DNA from: Blepharisma stoltei ATCC 30299
Lineage: Eukaryota; Protista; Ciliophora
Direction of reading: 5' to 3'
Assembly: GCA_965603825.1 (NCBI GenBank)
Contig: CBFDEM010000056.1
Location: forward strand, 434,001-498,000
Length of the DNA stretch: 64,000 bases
The first letter of the stretch is position 1. The number at the start of each line of letters is the position of its first letter. Made by a program: the position numbers and the translations under genes. Positions 46,340-58,919 of the stretch are shown here, one piece after another. The notes below the pieces were generated by a model. That model was not told the DNA's origin. It saw nothing but the letters and a program-made list of their open reading frames with translations, and made no database searches.

Positions 46340-47683
46340 ATGTCTAGACATAAGCGATTGCCAGATCTAGCTCAAGCAGACTTACTGCCATTCCAGATCC
46401 ATAAATCCAAAAACCGCCATTCAGCTTCTTCTGTATCAAATCAGCAAGTTCCAATAATAATCAAGCCCCACATTGAGCACTCATCCAAGCATCATAAACT
46501 TGCAAGCGTCCACTATGATTCTCCCTACAGAAAAAACACCTCTTTATCCCGGGCCAGGTCATCATCAGCTTTGAATAAAAACGACAGGAGCTCCACCAAA
46601 ACTCGTGTGGGTTCTCCTCAGATAAAGAAAAATGCATCCAATTCTTCGCTTCAGTTAAAGTTCAAAAATTCGAGAAGCAACAAATCAGTTTCTCATGCAA
46701 ATTTACCTCACCAGCAATCTCAAAGTTTCATTGAGCCTTACCAGCCTCAAATTTTAAGAACAAGAAATCACGGCAGCGTAAATGTTTCATTCAATACGTC
46801 ATTTACCTCTCTAACAGCTCCTACACAGGATTCGCAGCGGCCTGCTAATCAGACTGGCATAAGCTGTGCTGGAGCTCAAGAATTGGAAAATAAATTAATC
46901 GAGAATTTAAAGCTGGTTTCTCAAAGAGACTCGATCTGCGTTATGTCTATTGACAAATTTGGGATTTATCAAAAAATATTTGCAGAAGTTATAGAGAGGA
47001 ATAAGTCTTATGCAAATATTTTAGGGAAAATCAAAGCGGCGTATGAAGAATGGGTTTCCTATAGCCTTAAGGCTGGCCTTTCAACAACGCCACTTCAGCA
47101 AGAAATTGATGAAGCAAATGAGAAAATCAAGCAATTAATGGAAGAAAGAAAAGTTGTATATAGAAAGGTGGAGAAATTGGCAAAAGAAAACGCTGAACTA
47201 AGCAGATCACTTGATGAAAATGAGATAAGGTATACAGATCTTCAAGAAAAACTCTTTATTATCTCCAATACTAATGTAGAAGGAGTACCAAAAGATGAAA
47301 GCACCTGAAAATATCTTATCGCAGAAAACAAGAATTTTGTTGAGATCTGCAAACAAATGAAAGCAGAAATAAAAAGTTTTCGATCAAAAGAGAAGAAACT
47401 GCTAAAATTGATAATGGCTATGAAAAAACGAGGGTATCCGGTTGAAGAAGTCTATGAAAAAGATGTCGTAAAGAAAAGAAAAATTGAAAAGCAGAGTGAT
47501 CAAGAAAAACCTGAAAATGAGTCTGAAGAAGAATTAATAGTTTCAGGACCTTTAAAGCCAGTTCCTAAGCCAGATTTTATCCCTAATCTAAAGCTAGAAA
47601 ATGTGCAGCCTGAATCCTTCAGCTCTTCTAGCTCAGAAAGTGACTCTGTCTGTACAGAAAGCGAAGAAAGTAAACGCTCTTAG
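46340..47683 (+). CDS. Coiled-coil protein with TSNAXIP1_N-like segment
   Basis: FGIYQKIFAEVI...YANILGKIKAAYEEW; one TGA=W joins ORF 47357. Confidence 0.75.
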
Positions 47684-47707
47684 ATATTGTAACATCTAAT
47701 TTAATAA

Positions 47708-49573
47708 ATGGATCTACGAAGTTCTTCTACCTCTAGAGTTTTAAGGCAAAAGCCTTTGCCATTAGCTGCATATAGATGTAATTGCCATATAGTGACTCGA
47801 AAGTCGGAGAAATCTATAAGCAAAACATCAAGAAACCAAAGTGATTATTCGCTTTCTGAGCAACTCAAAAGTTTTGATGACAGGAAAAATCAAACCGCAC
47901 GTTTCAGCAACAACGTAAAAACTGAGCCTTCTGAAGTTTTTGTTGGGGCATCAAATGATATGTCTCCAGGATATAAAAATCTTCTCTCAGAAATAAAATA
48001 TAAGCACGAATCCGTTGTATGACTGAAAAAACATAGAGAACTTATTCTTGAAATTTTGAAAGTGCCCAATGTCCTCGCTTCTTTAAACGGTTTTATCATA
48101 TCAAAGCTCAAAGAACTTACAGTCACAGCAGATAGTTTGACGAGTTTGATAAACACTTTAAATGAGTCACATATAGGAAATAGCTATGATGATGCAATTC
48201 TCCAAGTGATGTCAAGGCAACTCTATCTTAAAGACGAAGAAATCGCAGGGCTTAGGTCAGCATCTGAAAAGCTGAGAGAAGAAAACAAAGAGCTTGCTAA
48301 TATGCTGGTTTCAATCGAAACTCAAAATAAACTCAGTGTAGAATATATTTAGAACGACCTTACAAAGTATTTGAGCAACCCCAATTTTTCACCGAAAATA
48401 AAGCAAAGGGAAATAAAATCTCCCACTGAAAAACCGAAACTTTTGAAATTTCATAGGACTTTGGAAGAACTTGTAGAAATGGCAACTAAAGCAACAAATT
48501 ATGATAGCGTAAGAAATAGATAGGGACTTAAATTATTATCAGAGGAGTCTAAAAAGTATATAGATGCTGATGGGGTATTTTTATTCAATATAAACCCTCA
48601 GCGCACAAAATTTTACACTTATTCAAATGGAGTGAAATGTGAAATGGCTGTAAAAAATACAATTTTAAGCTTGATTTCACATAACCAAAGGACAAAGTCA
48701 GCAATTGAAGGCCAGCCTGAGTTTGACGCTAGAATTGAGCCAACAATAGGCATGCGAGTGAGATCATTCCAAGCAGGAATGATAGTAGATGAAAGCGACA
48801 AAAATCTTGGAATCTTATTAGCAGTCAGAAAAACTGCTGAAATTTCTCACGAGCGAGAATTTAGCAACCTTTTGCTGCTCTTCTCAATGTTCATATCAAA
48901 ATGGCAAGCAAAAAATGAGCTTGGAAAAGAAAAAACCTCATTGATTACAACACTTAGCTCATGCTCTGAACTGATTAAACAAGTTGCGATTACTGATTTC
49001 ATACAAGTTCTGGAAGAAAATCTTCCAAAAATGATGCACACATCAAGAGCCACTGTACTTTTATGCGACAATAACAATAGGAAACTATATAGAAAGGCTT
49101 CAAATAGGCTTTTAAGGGCTGCAGATATATTTCCAAGCCAACGAGGAATTGCAGGCTACACAGCAAATGTAAAAATGCCAGTAATTTGTAACGATGTCAT
49201 TTCTGACAAAAGATTTGTCAAAGAAATTGATGATCCATGCGGCACTTTCCCACAGAATATCTTAGCAGTTCCTTTAAACGGCAAAGAAACAGAAGGTTTG
49301 CCAAAAGCAGTGATAGAGATCATAGATAAAACCGACGGGACTTCATTTACAGAGTATGAAGCAGATATTATGATGGAATACAGCAAATTAATAGCAAATA
49401 TGATGGAAAATTTGCTTCTCCAGGAGAGCTTCTCCAATATAAACAGTGTGTTTAAAAATCTAGAACATTCTTTAGGAGATCTTTCTTGCCAAGTTGAAGG
49501 CAGACCAGGAACCTTTGTTGCTGTTAAGAAAAACCTAGAAATCTTTAAGACACTATTCAAAATAAGATATTAA
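47708..49573 (+). CDS. GAF-domain protein
   Basis: RGIAGYTA...NDVISDKRF...IDD...NILAVP...VIEIIDK...FT; one TGA and two 15-nt introns join ORFs 47708, 48056 and 48632. Confidence 0.85.
48338..48352 (+). other. 15-nt intron
   Basis: GTAGAATATATTTAG; removes an in-frame TAG. Confidence 0.85.
48509..48523 (+). other. 15-nt intron
   Basis: GTAAGAAATAGATAG; removes an in-frame TAG. Confidence 0.85.
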
Positions 49574-49578
49574 TGTGA

Positions 49579-50925
49579 TTAATTTTCATTTAATCTTGCT
49601 AATTCTGTATATGCTTTATCAGAGTTAACAGTTTCAAGAGGATAATTCAATGTTTTCGGAAGCTGTTTACAAATTATTCATCCAATGCTTGAAAAAATTG
49701 CCATTAAATAAAATGATAAAGCATAGTCGAAAGGGAAAATCCAATCAATTTCAATGGATTTTGCAAATAAAAAGCCAAAAAACAAAGGTGAAACTGATCT
49801 TGCAAGTGAGCCCATTGACATAAAAATGCCATTCATCCTTCCTCTCTCTTTAGATATAACAGAGTTGTTAGATATAGTCATAATTGAAGTATTTGATATG
49901 AAAGTAATAAAGTATCAAGCCATGCATACACACGTAAGAGAAATTCACTTTAATCAAAGATATTCATTGAAAACGCTTGCAATAGGCATAATCATCAAGA
50001 ATGGAGATGAAAAAAGTAATGAATATGAACAGATCGATACAAGTCCTGAGCGCTCAACAAGCCAGTTATAACTGCATTTTTGGAAAAGTAATAAAATGGC
50101 TGAACTTATGGCTAAGATCATACCGATTTCACTTGGATTCATTTCAAAGCCACCTTTAGAAATGCTCGCTCAGCATCACAAAGAAATAAGTTCTTGAAAA
50201 GCTGTCAAGTTTCCTGATAAAATAAAATAGACGGACACTAGTCTCTTGACCAATGGATCTGTCACAATTTTTCAGTATGAGCGGCCTTGACTTAAAGATA
50301 ATTCATCATCATTATTTTTCTGAAGAGTTTCTTCTAAGAAAGGGATAAGAAGCACTAATGCAACAGCAGACATTATAGCTGCAAAAAAGTTTGGCAATAG
50401 AAAAGGATAATCTGCGAAAATTCCACTTTTAATTAATCCTGATGATTTTGGATCTTCCAACAGTCCTCCAATTATATTGCCTCCAATTAATCCCATTTGC
50501 CACATAACAATCTGTCAAGCAATTGCATTTGATTCTCCAGGACACAGCTCCGAAAGCAAGGTTTTAACAACCATAGTCAACGGAGTCATAATTCCCAGAA
50601 AAAATCTAACCAGCAATGCTCATATAAAGCTACTTGAAAATCCAAATGCTATAGAAAGTATGACATTTGAGAGAGTTCCAACTATCATAACTGGTTTTCT
50701 TCCCCATTTGTCGCAAATTATCCCTCAAAAAGGAGAAGCAATTGTTCTTCCAAACATTAAGACAAATGTCAAGATCCCAACCCAAGTGCCTGTTGAATCT
50801 CTGTCATTGGCCATTCCAAAGGCAGAGACCATCTTGCTCCCGAAAGGTATGATAATTGTATATACTACAGCATTTGCGAAAAGTCCTAGATAAGTAGCAA
50901 AGAGAATAATCCCTTTTTTGTTCAT
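49579..50925 (-). CDS. MFS transporter (ZIFL/TetA-like)
   Basis: SPF[W]GIICDKWGRKPV, F.DYPFLLPN, RGRMNG; one frame with nine TGA=W; ends TAA. Confidence 0.9.
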
Positions 50926-51208
50926 ATACTTATATCATTTTATACTACTTTTGCAGGGTAATGCGATCTCTCCTTCAAGCATTAACTTTTTGGCTGAAAA
51001 TCAGATTTCTATATATGTTAGATTAATATATCCTTTTCTTGCAGGATTATACCATTTGAAACCGATTCTTTATTCAATAATCATAGAGGGCGATAGCCTG
51101 CTATTATAAGATAAATAAAATAATTGTTACAGAAAACTATCGAAGACTTAAATTAATCTTTTAACGCAGGAAATTAGAATTAGTTAGGATCCATATTAAT
51201 AAGTTCTG

Positions 51209-53362
51209 ATGATGAAATTAGCGACCAAAAAAGTATATGTAAGCCGTGAGATTGCAAAAAACTCATTAGAAGAAGAAAAGCAAAGTGCAAAGAAAGAAGA
51301 ACTTTCTGTTATCGAAGAAGCAGCTCTTGAAGAAACAGGGATGATTGATAATGAAGAAATCAAATTAGATAAATCTGCAGAAGGAGAAACCAAATTAAAT
51401 AAACCTGCAGAAGAAGAAATCAAGTTTCCACAGAAAAAAATTCAGGCTATGCCAATGTCTACAGCAAAGCCCACATCTAATAAAATTGTCTTGCCCAAAC
51501 CACAACAAAAATCAGGCCCAAAAAAGATGCCTTTACCTGAAAAACCAAGTATTCCTGGCTCATCAATAAATAATAGCTTGAAAGGAAAATCAGTTAAAAT
51601 AGTGAAAAAAGACCCTCCAAAAGCTCCAGTTCCCGTCAAGAAAAAACCATTGCCTCCGCCTATTGAAGAGGATAAAGAGGTTCCTGGACTTGATGCAAAT
51701 ATAATAGAGATCTGTATGGAAGAACTTGGAAAAGTTAACGATTTTGCGACTGGCGAGCCAATTTTTTGTCACAACTGCAATGCGCTGTTCAACTCATTTA
51801 GTAAGCTATTACCTTTAGAAGAATCTGAAGAGCAAGTTTGAATTTGTGAGTTCTGTAGCTTTGAGAATAGAATCCATGTTGAGCAAGAAGAAGTTCCAAC
51901 TCAAAGCAAGCTGGTTTATGTAATAGAGTCTCCTCAACAGGTTGCTGAAGGCATCCAAGGACCAGATGATAGTTCAACCATCATTTTTTGCATTGACATT
52001 TCTGGATCGATGTGTGTTACTCAGCCAGTCATGGGGCATATACAACTGAAAACTAATAAACTCGAAGAATTGAGAAAGCAAATTGGAAGAAATGAGGGAC
52101 CACAGTACATGCCTAAGGAAAACAAAAACATCACTTATGTGTCTAGACTGGAATGCTTGCAAGCTGCAATTGAATATCAACTAACTGAGCTGCAAAGAGG
52201 AACCCCTCACAGAAAGATTGGAATAGTCACTTTTAATGGCGAAGTTAATGTGATCGGTGACGGAGGATCACAAATCTGCATTACAGGGGATAGGCTTTCA
52301 AATTACGACAATATTGTAGACTTAATGAGCCACAAGCATATTGAGCTGTTTTCACAAAGCATTGGTGAAAGCAGAGATCAGTTATGCCAGAGGCTTTTAT
52401 CTCTTGAAGAAACAGGGCCAACTGCTCTTGGTCCTGCCCTACTAGCTTCTGTCTGTTTAGCATGTCAGGGCGGGCAAGGATCAAAAGTAATAATTTGCAC
52501 CGATGGAATAGCAAATGTCGGTCTTGGGAGTTTAGAGACTGAAGCAGAAATCGAAGTCGCTGAATCATTCTACTCTAAGATCTCTGAGCTTGCAAAAGGA
52601 AGTGGTGTAGGAATATCAGTGATTTCTATCGCAGGAGAAGAATGCAGATTAGACTGCTTAAGTTCTATTGTAGAAGAAACAGGAGGTAATCTTACAAAAG
52701 TTGACCCTCAAAACTTATCAAATGACTTTGCGAATATTTTAGCACAACAAATTTTGGCTTTCAATGTGACAGTGACAGTGAACCTTCATAAGGGCCTTGA
52801 GTTTCGTAACCAAGATCCCCAAAATGTTTATGGCACTCGTTTAGTCAAAAATCTCGGAAGCGTGACAGATGAAACCCTTTTCACATTTGAGTATACTGTG
52901 AAAAAAAATACTGAAATCATTGAGAAAATTCCTTTTCAAGTGGCCGTTGAACATAGGAAGATGAACGGAATGAGGTGTGTGCTTGTTGACACTCAAATGG
53001 TCGAAGTGACTGAAAACAAAGAAGAAGTCATGAAAGAAGCAGACTATGAAATACTTGCAAGAAATGTCAAAGTGCAAACGGCAAAACTAGCAAAGCAAGG
53101 ACAATATGGCCAAGCTAGAAAAAATGTAGATAATTGGCAGCATTATATGAAGAAAAATGTAACAAATACCAACCAAAGTATACAGCTGAAGAACATGGAA
53201 GACGAGGTGAGGCCGTCTTATAACTTATTAGCTGAGCAAGAAGAGGAAGAAAAAGAAGAAAAGCCCATTAATGATAAGAAATCAATGAAACGCCAAAAGG
53301 ATGAACTGAGCGTCGGACTTCATAAACTTTCAAAGAAAAAGAGTAGAAGCAAAAACGAGTAA
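51209..53362 (+). CDS. Sec23/24-type zinc finger + vWA domain protein (CPRas-like, no Ras domain)
   Basis: CHNC...QV[W]ICEFC..EN; FCIDISGSM MIDAS, TALGPAL, ICTDG. Confidence 0.85.
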
Positions 53363-53449
53363 AAATATTTTTCTTTAATTTAATTCAATCTCCTGCTTCG
53401 ACCAATAGCTACTTCTTGAAATGGCCTTAAATGGAATTATGAAACTAAA

Positions 53450-55888
53450 ATGGAAGAATGGGACTACGTGAGAATTGCAATTGCGATTGCTATTATTTTT
53501 TCCTTCATCTCAGCGTATTTATCAGCACTGCATGTAAAATTGCTGCGCGACGTATTTTCTTATCATCTGTTTGAATCTGCTTTTACTTATCCTAAACTGT
53601 GCAAAATCCCCAAGAAGTGAACGCTTTTTAAAAACCTTTTTCCTCCAATAGGTATTGCATTTTACAAGCAAATCCAAGTAGAAATTCCAAGAAGTTCGCA
53701 TTTTCTTTTCCTTTCAATTGAGCTGTTAATTCTTTGAAATAGTAACGAAATTATTACAGATTATTGTGACTTTGAAAAATTTAATATTGCATATGCAATT
53801 TTAATTGGGTTTGGCTGCACGTCAGTTATGCTTATTTTGTATTTTATTTATTTACCTATATTTTTTAAAGCGTTTCAGAGAACTTCTGATCTTCAATATA
53901 TCGAACCATCAAGCTCGGCCTTAACAAGAAATTTTTCTTATGACTGATTCAGTATTTTTTTATGCTTAATTTTAACTGGAATTACAGTGTGAAGTATTTG
54001 GCTTGCAAGATCGATAAAAACTGCAGACTTGCAAGTCGTTTATTTGCAGTTCCTAATAGGGATTGGAATAAGCTATTTAATGAGGTTTATTTGCTGGCTG
54101 ATTTTAAGTATGTTCAAAATGACATGCTATCAAGAAATTCCTCACACTGTATATAGCTTGACGGCTAAGGATATCAAAAGATATCGCAGAAGGCCAGTCT
54201 TGAAAGAAGACCCTTTAAGATTGCTAGATATATCTCAAGATCAAACCTACTTTGATGATTTAGACAACTCAAAAGTGCCACTTAATTCTTGCCAAACTCC
54301 AGTTAGAAGCATTTCTATGGATACAAGTAATATGTCAATCGATCAAAGCTTCCAGATCGAGTTTCAGGATTTTAGTATTGTTTGCGAAGATGAAGACCCA
54401 GTTAACTTGATCACTTTAGAAGCTATACCTCCTGATAGTAATCGTGAAGATAAAGTTGAAAACCCAGCAAATACTCTTGTCAGTCTATTTGAAGTGGCGG
54501 AAGAGATAGTTGTGCCTTCTGTTGAAATAATTGAGCCTCATATTTCTCCAGAAAATCTAAATGAAAATAAAGAAAATACAAATCTTGAAAAAATAGAAGA
54601 AACTGAAGAAGAAACAAAGAAAACAGAAGAAGAAATAAAGACTACAGATGAAGAAATAAAGAGAACAGAAGAAGAAATAAAGAAAACTGAGGAAGAAACT
54701 CATAATGAAGAAGAAAAAGAAGTCGAAGAAGAGCCTCCTGAAAAAGTAAATAAATTTGCATATGGAACAGGAAGCGCAGAAGATTATGGAGGCATGAAAT
54801 ATCAGTCAAAAATTTTTAGCGACGAACAAGAAGTTGTGATAGACCATGATCCTGGGAGAATTCCAACAACTGCTGATACAAGCTATCAATTTAATTTTGA
54901 TGATACCAGAAGAGCTGCTGATAAATGCAATCGTTTTGATAATTTGCAGCCAATTCTTCAAGAAAAATATAAAAAACTATCTAAAGAAGTAATTGAAAAA
55001 AGAAAAGCATTGGCTTCAATATGCTTGATATTTGGAGATCTTGTTAGTGAAAAAGATTCAGAAACTGATGAATTTCCACATTTTGAAACTCCACGCGTAA
55101 CAGAAGATGCGACATTTAAATTTACAAACCAAAAATGAAACTTTCAGCCTCCTGTAGCTCCTTCGTCTCCTCAGAGACCTGAAATTGATTACTTACATTT
55201 TGGCGGACCTCCTAATTATAAGCAAAAATCACCTCTAGATGACCCGTCATCACCACTTCATCCTGATCTAGGAAATCCTAATTTTGGAGGGCCTCCTAAT
55301 TATCGCCAAAATGCTTCTGCAGAAAATCCATCATCTCCCTATCATGGAGAAGCTGGAGATATGCATTTTGCTGGTCCTCCCTCTTACAAACAAAGCATGC
55401 CCGAAGACGAAGAACTTCCTGCTTTTATCGATGATCAGCGCCCTTCATTTTCAATTGCAACTGTGCCTTGGAGAAACCCGCCAGCACTGCATGATTCTGA
55501 AAGCAACAAAATGATGTTGCCACCACTTCCTAATGAGCCAGCTCATCGAAAAATTAAGAAAAAGCCAGTTTTTGAGCCTAGAGCCCACAGTCACAGCCCA
55601 TATGAAGAAAAGTTGGTGAAAATGCTAAGCAGAGAAAAGCCATTATCGAGGAAAAGGAATGCAAGCAGCGTTGATTTATTGAGATCGCATGACAAAATGA
55701 AAGAAGCAAGAGAAGCTTATGGAAGTTCGAGGCCAGGCTCTGTAATCAGCCATATTTCTACTGTAGCTGGAACTGTCAGATCTTTGGCAAGGTCAGAAAG
55801 CAGGCCAGGGCTTCAATCTCTGCCAAGAAATAAGAGCAGAGCTGGAATTAAGCTTAACTCAAGCAAAAGCACGCGTAACTTAAGATAA
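53450..55888 (+). CDS. Multi-pass membrane protein with long acidic/Pro-rich tail
   Basis: One frame from ATG 53450 through six TGA joining ORFs 54029 and 55361; about five hydrophobic segments in the N-terminal third. Confidence 0.75.
54602..54706 (+). repeat. 21-bp coding tandem repeat, about five copies (TEEEIKK)
   Basis: ACAGAAGAAGAAATAAAGAAA-like units. Confidence 0.85.
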
Positions 55889-55928
55889 TTTTGTTGTAAC
55901 ATCTATATAACGAAATTAAATAATTAAG

Positions 55929-56888
55929 TTACAATGCTCGCATACTACTTCTGAGCATTTGTTTTTGGACCTTTTTAGTTTCATATAATTTGTCATCGTT
56001 TTGTTGAAGAATTTTGGTCAACTTTTCAATTTCGTCTTTTGGAATTGACGAGTCTTGTAAGAATGTCCTCAATTTCCTCCTATATTCAGTCTGCGACTGT
56101 TCTAAACTAATAATTTTTGTGTTTAAGTCATCGATTCCAGGAGTAAAAGACCTTCCATTTTGCGAATTGAGCAATGGAGAGGCGCTTCTTGATGGTGGAA
56201 CTGGAGTTTTCGATCTGTGTCTATGGCTAATCACAGATATATCTCCTTTTGAATTCATGTGGTGATGCTCTATATGTCGTTGGTGTCTCAGCTTTTTAAT
56301 TTTGTGCTCCAAAACGGCTATTCTCTTATCTTTTTCAAGCGTGACCTTATTTAGAGCCTCTTCAAGTGTTTCAAACTTTCTTTTATAAGTTTGAGATTGC
56401 TGATCTCTGGATTGATAAAGCAAAACTTCTTCTTGGAGCCTCTCACATTTTTCGATTAAATTTGCAATATGCTGATTTGCTTTGTCTTTGTAAGTTTTGA
56501 ACTCATCATGATAGTCGTTAGGTTGCGCTGATGCGTTTCTTTTATCATCTAACTTTTCAAGTAAATTCCCAAGATAAGCTTTTTCTCTTTTGAGTTTTTC
56601 GTTCTCTATGATGGCTCTCTTTAGGTCTTTTTCTAGCATTGTGGTTGTCTGAAGAGCTTCAGCATATTTAAACTCAAGCTCTTTTAGCCTTTGCTTTAAG
56701 GAAAGATTTTCAGATTCGGGGTTGGGAATTTGATTTTTAAACTCAACTTCTTTGGGGCTTAAACTTTGTTTCAGTCGCTTATTTTCGAATTTTGGAGTGT
56801 GGCTTTCTTTAGACAAATAGCTTTCACTGAATATAAATTACTGTTCATGATAAAATCTTTCCAGGTCGTCTCTTATGCTTGTTTCCAT
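55929..56888 (-). CDS. Coiled-coil protein
   Basis: ATG 56888 joined to ORF 55929 by intron 56827-56841. Confidence 0.78.
56827..56841 (-). other. 15-nt intron
   Basis: GTAATTTATATTCAG; removes an in-frame TAA. Confidence 0.85.
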
Positions 56889-57077
56889 TTAAAATGAGAT
56901 ATCTTCTAAAGTTAAAATAATGAAAAAATAAAGAACAATTTTTTGGGTCTGATGATTTCAAAGATTAAATTATGAAAAGATAGGCAAAATACACAAAAAG
57001 CAAATATTTTTCAGAATTAATTATTTAATATAAGAAATTTTAAGAAATTAGAAAATTGAAAGGATATACTAATAATT

Positions 57078-57524
57078 TTATGCATCATAAATGGATTTGC
57101 TTTCATCTTTGTAATAATCACGATAAAATTCATCAAGATTCTCATTAAATCTTTGAGGATTTCTAAAATGTCTAAATAATCCATCATGGCTATGTTTTTC
57201 TTTATCAAAAAATTCACTATATCTGCCAAGATGGCTAAAAGGATCAAGAAGCTTTCTAAAACATTCTTCTAGTTGGCTTATTTCATCAAATTCAGGCCCA
57301 TCCATGAAATTCTCATCATAAGGTATTTCTTCTTCGATAATTTCTTCTGATGGAGGTTCTGATCCAGATCGAGATCTGATTGTAGTGATTTTCTTGCATT
57401 TTGTTATTCCTTCTTCGTCAGGTAGGCAATAAATTCTAGTTGAGCTAGAATAGCTTCTGCCTTCTTCTTGCAAAGTTTTACTTTCCTCTTTTTTATTCAA
57501 ATTGAACCAATCTTTAATTCCCAT
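57078..57524 (-). CDS. Hypothetical acidic protein
   Basis: 148-aa ORF with AT-rich flanks. Confidence 0.7.
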   Translation of the reverse strand: MGIKDWFNLNKKEESKTLQEEGRSYSSSTRIYCLPDEEGITKCKKITTIRSRSGSEPPSEEIIEEEIPYDENFMDGPEFDEISQLEECFRKLLDPFSHLGRYSEFFDKEKHSHDGLFRHFRNPQRFNENLDEFYRDYYKDESKSIYDA

Positions 57525-57850
57525 GTGAGTATCTTTTTATTATTAATCAAATAAATGATTCATTTTTAGTGGAGTATATTTATTATATATAAATGCTCAG
57601 AAAAATTATTTAAATGCAAAAAATGATTTGATTACAAGGAAAATACCTTTTTCTGTAAATTTGCTATCAATTTATATCCGATAAATATCAATTAAGTAGA
57701 TAACGCTATGTCACTAATCTGATCATAAAAAATTGATTATCTTGATAATTATTCTTGAAAGAGCTTTACGAACAAATTTAATGATTAGCAAATAAAAATA
57801 ATTACTTTCAGATTGAAATAGCCCTGGTGATGACATATTTAGTTGGATAA

Positions 57851-58753
57851 ATGAAGCCAGCAAAAGTCGTTCCTGATTTAGTGAGAGGGTTCAAGATTGG
57901 AGGCACACAAACTCAATCCTGGGTTGAAAGAGATATTATTCTCTACGCATTGGGCGTTGGAATGTCAAGAGATCCAATGGATACTAAAGAGCTTTCATTT
58001 ACCTACGAAAATGCTGAGAATTTCAAAGTTCTTCCTACCTTTGGCGCAACAATTGGAAGCATTGGCGCAGTTTTTGAAGGCCTTGTTTCTTGTCCAGGAA
58101 TGCCTAACTTCAATCCAATGATGCTTCTTCATGGTGAACAAAAACTTGAGTTTTTCAAGCCATTTCCTCAAAGGCAAAGAGTGACGATGACTAGTGAAAT
58201 AGCTGATATTGCAGACAAAATAAAAGGTGCACTTGTCACTTTTTCTAGCGATGTCAAAGACGAAAGTGGGTCAATCATATGCAGAAATACTTCCAAAATG
58301 TTCATTAGAGGAATTGGAGGGTTTGGTGATAAAGGAAAATTGCAAGACAGCCTCCCTAATGTGCCTCAAAGGCCTCCATGTAAAGTCGCAAGTGATGTAA
58401 CGACACCTAATCAAGCAATTCTTTATAGACTTTCTGGAGATACAAATCCTTTGCATATTGATCCAAACATGGCTGCAATGGGTGGGTTTGATAGACCAAT
58501 TTTGCATGGGCTATGCTCATTTGGAATTGCAGGTAAAGCTGTTTTGAAGGAGTTCTGTGATTATGACGTGACCAAATTTAAAAGCATTGCAGTGAGGTTT
58601 ACCAGGCATGTGTTTCCAGGCGAAACTTTACTTACTGAAATGTGGAAAGAAGGGAATAAAGTCATTTTTGCCCAAAAAACTCAAGAAAGAGAGGGAAAGA
58701 TGACGACTCAAGGTTATGTTGAACTTAATGAAGATCCTCAGCCTAAGATTTAA
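57851..58753 (+). CDS. ECH2: Peroxisomal enoyl-CoA hydratase 2 (MaoC double hot-dog)
   Basis: LYALGVG, LLHGEQ, YRLSGDTNPLHIDP, ILHGLCSFG; PTS1-like PKI end. Confidence 0.92.
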   Translation: MKPAKVVPDLVRGFKIGGTQTQSWVERDIILYALGVGMSRDPMDTKELSFTYENAENFKVLPTFGATIGSIGAVFEGLVSCPGMPNFNPMMLLHGEQKLEFFKPFPQRQRVTMTSEIADIADKIKGALVTFSSDVKDESGSIICRNTSKMFIRGIGGFGDKGKLQDSLPNVPQRPPCKVASDVTTPNQAILYRLSGDTNPLHIDPNMAAMGGFDRPILHGLCSFGIAGKAVLKEFCDYDVTKFKSIAVRFTRHVFPGETLLTEMWKEGNKVIFAQKTQEREGKMTTQGYVELNEDPQPKI

Positions 58754-58919
58754 ATAATCATTACTACCCTTAGCTCGATGCTTTTACTAGGATATCACTC
58801 TCAGATTAATTACTAAAATTATCTCTATTTAATACAATTTAATTCAAATTAAAGTAAATTACCTTAAAAAATTGGGTAATCTTAATAATTATTTAACTAA
58901 TTAGCTGACGATCATTCAT

